A stretch of DNA of 64,000 nucleotides from the NCBI GenBank assembly GCA_902607435.1, contig CACLJX010000008.1:2427-66426 (forward strand), in the 5' to 3' direction. The number at the start of each line of letters is the position of its first letter. Position 1 is the first letter of the stretch. This DNA is from an uncultured Alphaproteobacteria bacterium. GTDB lineage: Bacteria; Pseudomonadota; Alphaproteobacteria; HIMB59; GCA-002718135. Of this stretch, positions 10,329-21,298 are shown piece by piece. The translations under genes were made by a program, and so were the position numbers. The notes under the pieces were generated by a model. It saw only the letters and a program-made list of their open reading frames with translations, ran no database searches and was not told the origin of the DNA.

Positions 10329-12196
10329 TAAATAATTTTAATTTCCTCTAAAATTTCGATTATTAAATCTGAAAATATATTGTTTAATTTAACCTTTTGG
10401 AAAGCTTCAAGTATTGTCTTTAAATGGTATGGATGAATTTCGTTCCACAATTTACCATTCATAGAAATATTTGTGCTTAATATTAATTCTCCAACTTCAT
10501 TAGAGTTTGAAGAGTTTATAATTTTTTCTATTATGTATCTAGATGGCATAATTCTTTCATCTAATAATCGTTTATTTTCTTTTAATATAATAGTGGGATT
10601 AGTGTTTTCAATAATTACCGATAAAATTGTTGTTAAAATTTCGTTATTTAATGAATCAATGTTTTTTAATTCATAAAATTTACTTTCTTCTCCGTAAAGA
10701 TAAGCTAATAAAATTTTAACAAAACTATCATCGTTTTCAGATGTTTTTAGATTGTATAATAATTTAATAGATTGTAACTCTTGAACATTTAAATTTGAAT
10801 CTTCATAAATATAATTTTCAGCAAATAAAATCCATTTTTCTGCTAAAATAAAATTTTTGTTGTGAGTATGTGCTCTTGCAATTAACAATGCATATTCAGA
10901 TAGTTCCTCAGAAGGTTCAATTCCTTTAATTAAATCTCTTGAAATATCATATGCCAATATTTCCTTATTATTTATCTTCGCATAATACCAAAATTCTTTT
11001 AAGGATTCTAACCTAGTAATTGGCAATAACTGAACATTAGCTTTTTGGAAAAGAAAAGCCATCCCTATTTCTGGTTTATTTTGAGAATTTTCAAGTGCAT
11101 TTATAGGGCCATTTAATTGCTCATAAGTAAAGTCTACACTTCTATATAAAGCTGATAAACTTTCTGCATTAAGTAATCCTAACTCATAAGCTTTATGAGC
11201 TGATATTAATCTTAGCAAAATATCAGTTGAAGAACTTAAAATTATTGGTAATGAAAAATTGATTGGATCGTATTCCAGAAATTTTTCGTTTAAAGGGATG
11301 CTTCCAATTCGCAACATTGAACTATACAAGGCAAAGGATTCATCTTTAAAAGATAAAGAACTAATATTAATTAATTCATTAGAATTATTTTTAAGATTAA
11401 AATATATTTTTTGAAAATATTCATCATTATCATTTGTATCTAGTAATAATGAATTTAATAAATCTGCTTCTTCGATATTATTTTGAATAAATGAACAAAA
11501 TATATTTATCTTTAATAAGATATTATTTTTTTCATCTAGATTTTCTTGATAACTTTCTTTAAAATTACATGCCTTAGTTAAATCATTTATTGAAAAATAA
11601 TAATTCAGTTTCAATAAATCATAATAGTTTTTGTAATTATCATATGTATTTATATTATTAATTAATGCTAAAGCTTTTTCTCTTTGCCCAAGATTAATTA
11701 AAGTCCTTACTCTTAAATTATCAAATTCTGCTTGAGAATATACCTTTGGAGCATTGATATATTGAATCATAGTGTCAAGTAGTAATCTAGTTAAGATTTT
11801 TGAATTATTTATTTTTAAATTACTAAAAAGAAATTCTAAGTCATCTTTATCGGAATTTTGCCAAAAATCAGGTAAATTTTTAACTGATTCAGTTCTACTG
11901 TCTTTACTATTATTATTGATTAAAGTTTCATAGTTTTTTTTTCTAATTTTAAATTCTTCTAAAGATAATTTTAATTCATCATTGTGAGTTAAATTTTCCG
12001 CTAATTCTTCTTCTGTAATATCGATAAATTCTTCTTCATCTTGATTAGAAAGTAATTTTTCATCTGAAATTATTATTTCAGTAGTATTTTTTTCATTATT
12101 TTTTATATTATCATGCAGATTAATTATTTTAATATCTGCTGCATAACTTGAGAATGAATAGAAAAAAAATATAATAAAAATAATATAATAAGTCAT
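10328..12196 (-). CDS. Hypothetical exported protein, largely helical
   Basis: 622-aa ORF with signal-peptide-like N-terminus (..SSYA/ADI); stop overlaps the accA start. Confidence 0.75.
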   Translation of the reverse strand: MTYYIIFIIFFFYSFSSYAADIKIINLHDNIKNNEKNTTEIIISDEKLLSNQDEEEFIDITEEELAENLTHNDELKLSLEEFKIRKKNYETLINNNSKDSRTESVKNLPDFWQNSDKDDLEFLFSNLKINNSKILTRLLLDTMIQYINAPKVYSQAEFDNLRVRTLINLGQREKALALINNINTYDNYKNYYDLLKLNYYFSINDLTKACNFKESYQENLDEKNNILLKINIFCSFIQNNIEEADLLNSLLLDTNDNDEYFQKIYFNLKNNSNELINISSLSFKDESFALYSSMLRIGSIPLNEKFLEYDPINFSLPIILSSSTDILLRLISAHKAYELGLLNAESLSALYRSVDFTYEQLNGPINALENSQNKPEIGMAFLFQKANVQLLPITRLESLKEFWYYAKINNKEILAYDISRDLIKGIEPSEELSEYALLIARAHTHNKNFILAEKWILFAENYIYEDSNLNVQELQSIKLLYNLKTSENDDSFVKILLAYLYGEESKFYELKNIDSLNNEILTTILSVIIENTNPTIILKENKRLLDERIMPSRYIIEKIINSSNSNEVGELILSTNISMNGKLWNEIHPYHLKTILEAFQKVKLNNIFSDLIIEILEEIKII

Positions 12197-12321
12197 TTGA
12201 TATCTAATTGATAATTTTCATTGATAATTTTTGAAGGTGAGGGTATTTCAACAAAAAATAAAATTGTAAAAAAAACAATAAAAAGAACTAGAATAGATAA
12301 TGTAATATATTTTTTTTTCAT
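12193..12321 (-). CDS. Small 42-aa single-pass membrane protein (below ORF-track cutoff)
   Basis: MKKKYITLSILVLFIVFFTILFFVEIPSPSKIINENYQLDIK*; its TGA overlaps the downstream ATG (ATGA). Confidence 0.7.
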   Translation of the reverse strand: MKKKYITLSILVLFIVFFTILFFVEIPSPSKIINENYQLDIK

Positions 12322-12415
12322 TGTTTTAAAAAGGATATATAAATCGGGCTAAATATAGATATATATTGTTTTTTTAAGCTTTTTTTGAATAATTCATTAA
12401 AATATTGTCAAAAAT

Positions 12416-12982
12416 ATGGAAAAATACAGCTTTAAAAAAAAATTATTACTTCTAAAAAAAAGAAATGTGGCTTTAATTGGACATATGGGTTCGGGAAAAT
12501 CAGTATTAGGGCATATAATTGCGAAGAAATTAAATATTTACCATATTGATACAGATGAAGTATTATCAAAATTTGAAAATAGCACAATTAATGATATTTT
12601 TTTATCTAAGGGAGAAACTTATTTCAGAAATCTTGAAACTAAAATAGTAACAAAATCATTAGATCAAAAAAATATTGTGTTATCTTTAGGAGGAGGGTCG
12701 ATATTAAGTAGACAAACAAGGAATAAACTTAAATCTCATTCAATAACAGTCTTTTTAGATACTAATCTCAGAGATCTTAAAAAAAGACTTGCTCAATCTC
12801 ATAAAAGGCCCTTATTAAAAAATGTTGATATTTTTTCAAAATTGAAAGAACTAGACACCGAAAGAAGAAAGTATTATTTAAAAGCAGATATAAGAATACA
12901 AAATGCAAATTCAATCAATAAAACTTACTTAAATTTTATTGAAATGTTCTCTAAACTTAATGAAAAAAACAATAAGAATTAA
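12416..12982 (+). CDS. aroK: Shikimate kinase
   Basis: GHMGSGKS P-loop, GE..FR..E, SLGGG, RPLL. Confidence 0.95.
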   Translation: MEKYSFKKKLLLLKKRNVALIGHMGSGKSVLGHIIAKKLNIYHIDTDEVLSKFENSTINDIFLSKGETYFRNLETKIVTKSLDQKNIVLSLGGGSILSRQTRNKLKSHSITVFLDTNLRDLKKRLAQSHKRPLLKNVDIFSKLKELDTERRKYYLKADIRIQNANSINKTYLNFIEMFSKLNEKNNKN

Positions 12983-14048
12983 AAAGAATAATTTAAATTA
13001 TAATATAATTATTCAAAATGGTTCATTTAAAAAATATTTGAAATCATTAATTAATCAAAGATCAAAAAAATATGTAATCATAGATAAAAAAATTTATAAC
13101 ATATTTAAAAATTTTTTAGATAAAAATAAGGATTTAAATCTAATCAAAATTAACGTATCTGAAAAAATTAAATCATTTGAGTATTATCGAAAAATTTTAT
13201 TAATTTTACTTGACAAAAAAATTGATAGATCCTCTTTGATAATTGCAATAGGAGGAGGTACTATTGGCGATTTAAGCGGTTTTATAGCCAGCACAATTCT
13301 AAGAGGTGTTAATTTCACTTTAATTCCTACAACTTTGCTATCACAAGTTGATAGTTCAATAGGAGGCAAAAATGGCATTAATACAAAACGTGGAAAAAAT
13401 CTCATAGGAACTTTTTACCAACCAAATAAAGTAATTATTGATCCTTCTTTTTTAAATTCTTTATCGTTCAAACAAATTAAATCGGGATATGCAGAGATAG
13501 TTAAACATGCCATTATAAATGATAATCAATTTTATAAATGGTTAAAAAATAATTTAGATGATTTATACAAACTAAAAAAAAATATACTGATTTCGGCTAT
13601 CGAAAAAAGTATTAAAATTAAATTAAAATTTATTATCAATGATGAAAAAGAAAATCTTAAAAATTCTTCATCTAGAGCTATGCTAAATTTTGGACATACC
13701 TTCGGACATGTTTTGGAATCTATGAATAATTACAATTCCAATTTAACACATGGTGAAGCTATTTCAATCGGAATGATTCTAGCTGCAAAAGTATCATACA
13801 AAAAAAGAAAAATTTCAAAAAATCAATTAGAAGATTTAATTGTTCATTTTAAAAATGCTCAATTACCTATTAATAGTAATATGATTAAAAAAAATCAATT
13901 TTATAAGAAATTAATGAATGACAAAAAAAACATAAATGAAAAAATAAATCTTATTTTATTAAAGAGAATTGGAAGTGCATACTTTGCTAGAAATTTTGAT
14001 ATTAAAGATATTAAGGATTCAATTTTTAATAATAAAAAAATTTTATAA
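12960..14048 (+). CDS. aroB: 3-dehydroquinate synthase (ATG at 12960 preferred over 12939)
   Basis: GGGTIGDLSGF, PTTLLSQVDSSIGGKNGIN, LNFGHTFGH, HGEAI. Confidence 0.96.
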   Translation: MKKTIRIKKNNLNYNIIIQNGSFKKYLKSLINQRSKKYVIIDKKIYNIFKNFLDKNKDLNLIKINVSEKIKSFEYYRKILLILLDKKIDRSSLIIAIGGGTIGDLSGFIASTILRGVNFTLIPTTLLSQVDSSIGGKNGINTKRGKNLIGTFYQPNKVIIDPSFLNSLSFKQIKSGYAEIVKHAIINDNQFYKWLKNNLDDLYKLKKNILISAIEKSIKIKLKFIINDEKENLKNSSSRAMLNFGHTFGHVLESMNNYNSNLTHGEAISIGMILAAKVSYKKRKISKNQLEDLIVHFKNAQLPINSNMIKKNQFYKKLMNDKKNINEKINLILLKRIGSAYFARNFDIKDIKDSIFNNKKIL

Positions 14049-14055
14049 TATATAG

Positions 14056-15315
14056 ATGGATATAATTGATTTTTTATTGTTTATATTTATTATTTTTTTG
14101 ATCTTGATTTCAGGTTTTTTATCAGGATCAGAAACAGCTATAACAGCTGTCTCAAAACCAAGAATAATCTCAAGAATTAAACAAGGCAGTAAAAGAGCTA
14201 TTTACGTAAAAAAAATAATAGATTTAAAAGAAAGTGTCATTTCTGCATTATTATTATCTAATAATTTAGTAAATATTTTAGCATCATCACTAGCAACTGC
14301 TTTTTTTTATGAATTATTTGGCATTTCTGGGATTTTTTATGCAACATTATTAATGACTTTCCTATTAGTCATTTTTGCTGAAGTACTTCCTAAAACGTAC
14401 TCTATTAAAAAACCTACACGTACGGCTATCTTAATCTCACCAATAATTTATTATCTTAACAAGATACTTTATCCTTTTATAATATTAATTAATTTTATTG
14501 TAAATTTGCTAATAAAAAAAATTACTACTTCTAATGAACAATTTAAAGATGAACAATCTGAAGAAGAATTAAAAGGAATTATTGATTTATATAGAACTTC
14601 TAATCCTGATTCCGAGCATGAAAAGGAAATGCTACAAAGTATACTGAATTTAAATGATACAACTGTTGAAGAAGTTTTTACACATCGTAAAAATATTTAT
14701 TCCATAAATATAGAGCTTAATTTAAAATACATAATTAAAAAAATTAATACAAGTAATTTTACTCGCATTCCTTTTTGGAAAAACAATCCAGAAAATATTA
14801 TTGGAATTTTAGATAAAAGATCGCTCCATTTTGAAATATCATTGGATAAAGAAAATAAAAATAATATTATAAAACTACTTAAAAAACCTTGGTTTATACC
14901 CGAAACAACTAATCTTCTTGATCAATTAGTTTCATTTAAAAAAAGAAAAGAACATTTGTCTTTTGTTGTAGATGAATATGGGGAGCTTTTAGGATTAATT
15001 ACGTTGGAGGATATAATTGAAGAAATAGTTGGAGAAATTGTTGATGAGCATGATGCTCCACTTTTAGAATTTGGAATGAATAATCAAGGAAAAATTATCT
15101 CTGATGGAAGAATGAATATAAAAGATTTATATAGACAATTTAATTTAGATCTTGATCAAAGTGATGCTAGTACAATAGGCGGCTATGTAATGAATCTTGC
15201 AAAAAAAATTCCTTTATATGGTGAAACTGTTAAAGATAAATTTTTTAATTATAAAGTTCTATCTCATTCAAGAAAACAAATTCTAAGATTAGAAATATCA
15301 AAAATTAAAAATTAA
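14056..15315 (+). CDS. HlyC/CorC (CNNM + CBS) family membrane protein
   Basis: SGSETA, NNLVN, EVLPK, CBS pair with VVDEYG..GLITLEDIIEEIVGEI. Confidence 0.93.
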   Translation: MDIIDFLLFIFIIFLILISGFLSGSETAITAVSKPRIISRIKQGSKRAIYVKKIIDLKESVISALLLSNNLVNILASSLATAFFYELFGISGIFYATLLMTFLLVIFAEVLPKTYSIKKPTRTAILISPIIYYLNKILYPFIILINFIVNLLIKKITTSNEQFKDEQSEEELKGIIDLYRTSNPDSEHEKEMLQSILNLNDTTVEEVFTHRKNIYSINIELNLKYIIKKINTSNFTRIPFWKNNPENIIGILDKRSLHFEISLDKENKNNIIKLLKKPWFIPETTNLLDQLVSFKKRKEHLSFVVDEYGELLGLITLEDIIEEIVGEIVDEHDAPLLEFGMNNQGKIISDGRMNIKDLYRQFNLDLDQSDASTIGGYVMNLAKKIPLYGETVKDKFFNYKVLSHSRKQILRLEISKIKN

Positions 15316-15562
15316 TTTTTATTTCTAGTGCATGAAGACCACTTAAAAATTCCTTTTTTAATAATTTATTAATTTTTTGATGAATTAATAACTTTTTAAA
15401 ACCTTTAATTTTTTGCGATTGTAATGTTATTTTAAAATGTGTTTCATCTTTTCCACTAAAATTATTGTGTCCATAGTGAAGAAAGGATTTATCTTCAACT
15501 GAAATAGACCATGAGTTAAAATTATCTATTAAAATTTTTTCAATTCTTTTTTTACGTTTCAT
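15305..15562 (-). CDS. bolA: BolA family protein
   Basis: D.S..H.GH, ETHF, H..IN..L, GLHALEI. Confidence 0.9.
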   Translation of the reverse strand: MKRKKRIEKILIDNFNSWSISVEDKSFLHYGHNNFSGKDETHFKITLQSQKIKGFKKLLIHQKINKLLKKEFLSGLHALEIKINF

Positions 15563-15586
15563 GAAATTTGTATTATATTAGTCTTT

Positions 15587-16192
15587 ATGACTAAAATTAA
15601 ACCATGTATAGCTAAAAACAATTTGTCATGGGAAAATAATAAAAAAAATTATTTATGTGATCGTAATAATTGTTTTAAAAATGGAAAATATAAAGCTCCA
15701 AAATCTAGATCTAATCTAAACATTTATTTCTATTTTTGTCTTGAACATGTTAAAGAATATAATAAATCATGGGATTTTTATAAAGGATTGAGTGTTGATC
15801 AAATTGAATTATCTATAAGAAAAGACACTGTGTGGGATAGACCATCATGGCCATTAACTGGCAATCCATTAGAAATTATGAATCAAATTAAACGTTTCTT
15901 AAATAATGATTATAGCTTGTTTGAAGAAGAAAAAGATCTACAAAAATTTCTAAAAAACAAGATTATTGATGAAAATTTATCGCCTTTAGAACAAAAATGT
16001 ATTGATGTTTTAGGTATTTCTATGCCAATAAATGTAAATAATATTAAAAAAGCATATAAAAAGTTAGTGAAAATATTTCATCCTGATGTAAATAAAGATA
16101 GCAAAGAAGCAGAAAAAAGATTTAAAGAAATTAATGAAGCATATAAAATCTTACTTAAAAAGTTTCTTAAAACAAGCATTGTAGAGAGTTAA
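15587..16192 (+). CDS. J-domain protein (N-terminal Cys/His region, C-terminal J domain)
   Basis: C...C...G.YKAPKS...FCLEHVKEYN..WDF; HPD motif; upstream of cobS. Confidence 0.9.
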   Translation: MTKIKPCIAKNNLSWENNKKNYLCDRNNCFKNGKYKAPKSRSNLNIYFYFCLEHVKEYNKSWDFYKGLSVDQIELSIRKDTVWDRPSWPLTGNPLEIMNQIKRFLNNDYSLFEEEKDLQKFLKNKIIDENLSPLEQKCIDVLGISMPINVNNIKKAYKKLVKIFHPDVNKDSKEAEKRFKEINEAYKILLKKFLKTSIVES

Positions 16193-16198
16193 GCAAAT

Positions 16199-17191
16199 AT
16201 GATTAATAAAGATAAAACTATAAATTTTGAAGAGAAGTTATCTGTAGATATCAATACAAAAGAAATTTTTGGTGTTGACTGCAATTTTAAAGTACAAGGA
16301 TTTGCAAATCATAACTCTCATGTTCCTGAAATAGATAAATCCTACAAATTTGATCCTGAAACTACTTTGGCAATCTTAGCTGGCTTTGCAGGCAATAGAA
16401 GAGTACTTATACAAGGATTTCATGGTACAGGAAAATCTACACATATAGAACAAGTCGCAGCAAGATTAAATTGGCCTTGTGTTAGAATAAACCTTGATAG
16501 TCATATTAGTAGAATTGACTTAATAGGAAAAGACGCAATTGTTATTAAAGATGGAAAGCAAATAACTGAATTTCAAGATGGATTACTTCCTTGGGCTTAT
16601 CAGAACCCAATAGCTCTAGTATTTGATGAATATGATGCTGGAAGGCCAGATGTAATGTTTATTATTCAAAGAATATTAGAAGCAGAAGGAAAATTAACTT
16701 TACTTGATCAAGCAAGAATTATTAATCCAAATAAATATTTTAGATTATTTGCAACAGCTAATACTGTTGGCTTGGGAGATACCTCAGGACTATATCATGG
16801 TACTCAGCAAATTAATCAAGGACAGATGGACAGATGGAGTATTGTAACTTCTTTAAATTATTTAGAAAATGCAGAAGAAGAAGAAATAGTAGTTAGTAAG
16901 ATTAATCAATTAAATAACAAAAACGGAAAAGAAATTATTAAATGTATGGTTGCAACAGCTGATCTTACACGCTCAGGTTTTATAAATGGTGATATTTCTA
17001 CTGTTATGAGTCCCAGAACAGTAATTATATGGGCAGAAAATTATCTTATGTTTAACGACATTGAATATTCTTTTAAACTCGCTTTTCTAAATAGATGTGA
17101 TGAATTAGAAAGATCTGTAATTCATGAATATTACCAGCGTGCGTTTGGAGTGGATCTTTCTGAAGCTAAAGTTGTAAATGTTAGAGAATGA
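16199..17191 (+). CDS. cobS: Cobaltochelatase subunit CobS (MoxR-type AAA+)
   Basis: [49 protein letters not shown]. Confidence 0.96.
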   Translation: MINKDKTINFEEKLSVDINTKEIFGVDCNFKVQGFANHNSHVPEIDKSYKFDPETTLAILAGFAGNRRVLIQGFHGTGKSTHIEQVAARLNWPCVRINLDSHISRIDLIGKDAIVIKDGKQITEFQDGLLPWAYQNPIALVFDEYDAGRPDVMFIIQRILEAEGKLTLLDQARIINPNKYFRLFATANTVGLGDTSGLYHGTQQINQGQMDRWSIVTSLNYLENAEEEEIVVSKINQLNNKNGKEIIKCMVATADLTRSGFINGDISTVMSPRTVIIWAENYLMFNDIEYSFKLAFLNRCDELERSVIHEYYQRAFGVDLSEAKVVNVRE

Positions 17192-18962
17192 AAATTTAAT
17201 TGATATTTTTAAAAGATCTCTTGCTACAACAATTAAATCTATTGGCAAAACTAAAGATGTAGAGATAAGTTTTGTTGCTGAAAATCCTTCTATAAATGGA
17301 AAAGAAATTAATTTATCTATACCAAGCATTTCATCCATAAAAAATAATTTGAATTATGTCAGGGGTGAGGCTGATGCTATGGCTTTAGAATTACGTTTAC
17401 ACAATTCTAAAATACACCTTAAATATTTAGGCTCAAATAATACTGTTAATCAGATTTTTAATGTAATTGAACAATCTCGAGTTGAAGCTATGGGTTCTTT
17501 TATTTTTCAAGGCATTAAATCTAATATTTTTAAAAAACATAATATTGATATAAAAGAAAAAATATCTAAGGAAAATAATAATGATCTTATCGATGCATTT
17601 AAGTATGTTAGTTATGGGGAGTTAACAAATCAAAATTTATCAGGAAACTATTCTTATTATAAAAAAATAATAAAAAATAAATTAGGCAATCAATACTCAA
17701 AATATTTTCAATGTTTGAAAAATAATATTAACAATCAAGAAGAATATGCAAACCAAATTAATTCTATGCTAGATAATTTGGGTTTGTTAAATTCTATAGG
17801 AGAAAATAATCCTGATATAGACAGCCTAGATCAGGAAAATAATGAATCACATAATAAAGAAAATCAATTGAAAGAAGAAAAGTTTGAAGGAAAATCTGAA
17901 AATGATTCTTCTGCTAAGACTCAGAAAACAACTACAACAAAAGAGCAAGAAGAAATAGGTGATGAATCAGTTGAAAATGAAATTGATTATTTTACAAATA
18001 TTGAATATTTAAAGAAAGAAAATAACTATAGGTCATATACAAAAGAGTTTGATGAAATAATTGATGCGGAAGAATTATGTGATTTAAAGGAACTTGAACG
18101 TTTAAGATTATCTTTAGATCAACAAGTTTTTTCTTTTAAGCCTCTAATTGCTAAAATTGCAAATCGACTTCAAAGGAAACTTTTAGCTCTTCAAAACAGA
18201 CAATGGGAATTTAATCTTGAAGAAGGCTATCTAGATACTGCAAGACTTGCTAGAATTGTTGCTAATCCAAATAATAAGCTCTCCTTTAAAAAAGAGAAAA
18301 ATATTGAATTTAAAGATACAATTGTATCCTTATTAATAGATAATTCTGGATCAATGCGTGGAAGACCTATAACGGTAGCTGCCTTATGTGCTGATATATT
18401 AGCACGAACACTAGAAAGATGCTTAATAAAAACTGAAATTCTTGGCTTTACTACAAAAGCCTGGAAAGGAGGTAAGTCTAGGGAAAAATGGATTCATAAT
18501 GGGAAACCCTCTAATCCAGGAAGATTAAATGATATAAGACATATTATTTACAAAAATGGAGATACATCATGGAGACGTTCTAAAAAAAATTTAGGTTTAT
18601 TACTAAGAGAAGGAATTTTAAAAGAAAATGTTGATGGAGAAGCTTTAATCTGGACTTTTAATAGATTGCAAAGACGTCAAGAAAAAAGAAAAATACTAAT
18701 TATAATTAGTGATGGTGCCCCCGTAGATGACTCAACTCTATCAGTAAATCCAGGTAATTATTTAGAAAAAAACCTTAAAGAATCAATTGAAAAAATTGAA
18801 AATAAATCTGATGTAGATTTAATTGCCATAGGCATAGGCCATGATGTGTCTAGATATTATAAAAAAGCCGTAACAATTATGGATGTAGATCAACTAGGTG
18901 AAGTGCTTTTAAATGAATTATCTAATATTTTTACCCCTCAAAATAAACTAAATGTAAACTAA
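17178..18962 (+). CDS. cobT: Cobaltochelatase subunit CobT (VWA domain)
   Basis: RGEADA, acidic linker, [34 protein letters not shown]. Confidence 0.95.
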   Translation: MLENENLIDIFKRSLATTIKSIGKTKDVEISFVAENPSINGKEINLSIPSISSIKNNLNYVRGEADAMALELRLHNSKIHLKYLGSNNTVNQIFNVIEQSRVEAMGSFIFQGIKSNIFKKHNIDIKEKISKENNNDLIDAFKYVSYGELTNQNLSGNYSYYKKIIKNKLGNQYSKYFQCLKNNINNQEEYANQINSMLDNLGLLNSIGENNPDIDSLDQENNESHNKENQLKEEKFEGKSENDSSAKTQKTTTTKEQEEIGDESVENEIDYFTNIEYLKKENNYRSYTKEFDEIIDAEELCDLKELERLRLSLDQQVFSFKPLIAKIANRLQRKLLALQNRQWEFNLEEGYLDTARLARIVANPNNKLSFKKEKNIEFKDTIVSLLIDNSGSMRGRPITVAALCADILARTLERCLIKTEILGFTTKAWKGGKSREKWIHNGKPSNPGRLNDIRHIIYKNGDTSWRRSKKNLGLLLREGILKENVDGEALIWTFNRLQRRQEKRKILIIISDGAPVDDSTLSVNPGNYLEKNLKESIEKIENKSDVDLIAIGIGHDVSRYYKKAVTIMDVDQLGEVLLNELSNIFTPQNKLNVN

Positions 18963-20155
18963 GTTAAATACCATTTTTTTTCTGCTTCTTCTAGCGTATC
19001 ATTGTTTATAGCATCTCGGATAAGCAACATTAAAGCATTCATAAAATAAACATTATGTAAAGTTAATAACTGAAATCCTAACAATTCATTAGCTTTATAT
19101 AAATGATGTAAATATGCTCTTGAATAATTTACACAAGTTTTACAACTACATGTGTCTTCTAAGGGAAATAAATCCTCTCTATAAGAAGCATTTTTAATAT
19201 TAATTTTACCATTATTTTTTTTAGACAAAGCCACGCCATGTCTTGCTAATCTTGTAGGACTAACACAATCAAATGTATCAATTCCATATTTTACTAATTT
19301 CCAAATATCTTTTGTATCACCAATCCCTAAAAGATGTACCGGATGATCTGCTTTGAGCTTAGAAGCTGTATATCCCACCACTTCATACATTTGCTCTTTA
19401 GAAGAACCGAGACTACCTCCTATTGCTAAACCAAAAAAATTGTTTTCAAGATTAAATGAAATACTTATATCTCTTAAATCTTGATATATCCCTCCTTGAA
19501 TTATGCCATACAGTGCTTGCTTTCCCGCAGAACCATTACAAGAACCATAGTCTCCTTCTATCTGAAAGGTTTCTAAAGACCTTTTAGACCATCTATGACT
19601 TCTTTCCATTGATAATGCAGTATAATCTTTTTTTACATGAAAAGGTGTGCATTCATCAAATACTAAAATTAAATCTGCTCCTATCTGCCTCTGCAAACTA
19701 ATAGATTTTTCTGGAGTTAATAATTGATTTGATCCATCAATATACGATTTAAATAAAGCCCCTTCTTCTGTAATTTTAATAAGTGATTTATTCCTTTTAT
19801 TATTTATATTCCTGCCTTTAATTTCTTCGGCTACAGATCCATATCCAAGAGAAAAAATTTGAAAGCCTCCGCTATCTGTAAGCATAGGTCCGTTCCAATT
19901 CATAAATTTATGAATTCCTCCGTGTTTAGCTATAATTTCTCCTCCAGGTTGAAGCATAAGATGGTATGTATTTGACAAAATAATTTGAGTACCTGATTCT
20001 TTTGCTTCTTTTGAATTTAATGATTTTAAAGCAGCTTTAGTTCCACAAAAAATAAAAGCAGGTGTATTAACTTTTCCATGTGGAGTTGTGATAACACCTG
20101 TTCGTGCTCTAGATACTAAAGATTTATTTAATAATTTCCAATTAAATTGTTTCAT
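18959..20155 (-). CDS. tgt: tRNA-guanine transglycosylase (atypical pocket loop GGSLG)
   Basis: [46 protein letters not shown] zinc site. Confidence 0.95.
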   Translation of the reverse strand: MKQFNWKLLNKSLVSRARTGVITTPHGKVNTPAFIFCGTKAALKSLNSKEAKESGTQIILSNTYHLMLQPGGEIIAKHGGIHKFMNWNGPMLTDSGGFQIFSLGYGSVAEEIKGRNINNKRNKSLIKITEEGALFKSYIDGSNQLLTPEKSISLQRQIGADLILVFDECTPFHVKKDYTALSMERSHRWSKRSLETFQIEGDYGSCNGSAGKQALYGIIQGGIYQDLRDISISFNLENNFFGLAIGGSLGSSKEQMYEVVGYTASKLKADHPVHLLGIGDTKDIWKLVKYGIDTFDCVSPTRLARHGVALSKKNNGKINIKNASYREDLFPLEDTCSCKTCVNYSRAYLHHLYKANELLGFQLLTLHNVYFMNALMLLIRDAINNDTLEEAEKKWYLT

Positions 20156-20963
20156 TGTTCTTAGATGGAAGAAAAAATTTTGCTAAATATATAAAAGGAG
20201 TATCAATTAGAGCTATAAAAATTCTTAAAAAATAAGTACCAAGAATAAAAGTAAATACAACAGTACTAAAATTTAAAGGATTGGGATTTAATATAATCCA
20301 TGCAAAAAGACTAAATATTGTATTATCAATCAAAGAAGAAGTCATCGTTGAAAGATTATTTCTTAACCACAAAAAGCGTCTATTTGTTAATTTTGAAATT
20401 TTTTCAAAAAACCAAACATCAAAAAATTGACTAAATAAAAAAGAAATCATGCTAGCAACAAAAAAAGTTGGAAGAGGCATAAATATATTAAATAAATTAT
20501 TTTGAATTTCCAATGCCCAAAAATAATTTTGATCTACTGTAGTTGAATCAAGAGGTTTGAAACCAAGTGTGAAAAGCATAAATAATGTCATTAATAAAAA
20601 ACCCGAAAATCCGAGGAAAACATTTTTTCTCGCTTTTCTAGAAGAAAAATACTCTGCTAAAATATCAGTACATAAAAATGTTGAGGCAAAAAGTATTGTT
20701 CCCAAAGCCACAGGATCAATAAAAAAAGAAAATTTTACAAGTTTTAAAACTTGTATATTAGCAACAATTACAGCTACAACTGTATAGATGTATAAGCCTA
20801 CTTCCCCAAAAATCTTTAGAAATATTAAGACACTTACAAAACTAAATATTAGAAATGTTATCCAAGTATACTCAATAGAAATAGAATTATAGATTGTAAC
20901 GAAATTTTGAAAATCTAATTTAAATATCTGAATAAAACCAAAGAAAATATTATAAAAATCCAC
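20142..20963 (-). CDS. yhhQ: Queuosine precursor transporter (YhhQ/Vut_1 family)
   Basis: ANIQVLK, FLCTDILAE, SQ.FDV, LWLRNN.ST..S..ID..IF, DTPF; overlaps tgt. Confidence 0.9.
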   Translation of the reverse strand: MDFYNIFFGFIQIFKLDFQNFVTIYNSISIEYTWITFLIFSFVSVLIFLKIFGEVGLYIYTVVAVIVANIQVLKLVKFSFFIDPVALGTILFASTFLCTDILAEYFSSRKARKNVFLGFSGFLLMTLFMLFTLGFKPLDSTTVDQNYFWALEIQNNLFNIFMPLPTFFVASMISFLFSQFFDVWFFEKISKLTNRRFLWLRNNLSTMTSSLIDNTIFSLFAWIILNPNPLNFSTVVFTFILGTYFLRIFIALIDTPFIYLAKFFLPSKNNETI

Positions 20964-20970
20964 TGTTTAC

Positions 20971-21249
20971 TTATGAAACAGATAAAATAAGTTTTTTTAG
21001 TTTTTTGGCTTCAGTTGGAAGTTTATTATTTGATGTTTTTAATAAAAATTCATCTAATCCACCTTTTTTTTCAACCGTTCTAATTGTGCTTGCAGCTACT
21101 TTAAGTTGGATAGATTTGCCAAGTTTTTCGCTTATAAAAGATATTTTCTGTAAATTAGGTAAAAAACGTCTTTTTGTCCTGTTATTTGCATGACTAACAT
21201 TGTTGCCACTAAGAAAGTTTTTACCAGTAAGTTGGCACCGTTTCGACAT
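20971..21249 (-). CDS. rpmB: 50S ribosomal protein L28 (start corrected to 21249)
   Basis: MSKRCQLTGK...GNNVSHANNRTKRRFLPNL. Confidence 0.97.
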   Translation of the reverse strand: MSKRCQLTGKNFLSGNNVSHANNRTKRRFLPNLQKISFISEKLGKSIQLKVAASTIRTVEKKGGLDEFLLKTSNNKLPTEAKKLKKLILSVS

Positions 21250-21259
21250 GATGATGAGG

Positions 21260-21288
21260 CTTTTATTGATAATTTTCATTAAGGTCAA
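21260..21288 (-). promoter_or_regulatory. Putative sigma70 promoter for rpmB-yhhQ-tgt
   Basis: Minus strand TTGACC, 17 bp, TAAAAG, ending 10 nt before the rpmB ATG. Confidence 0.5.
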
Positions 21289-21298
21289 GACAGATATA

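Noticed and set aside
20964-20970. preQ1 riboswitch upstream of yhhQ
   Set aside because: Only 7 bp of intergenic space and no motif.
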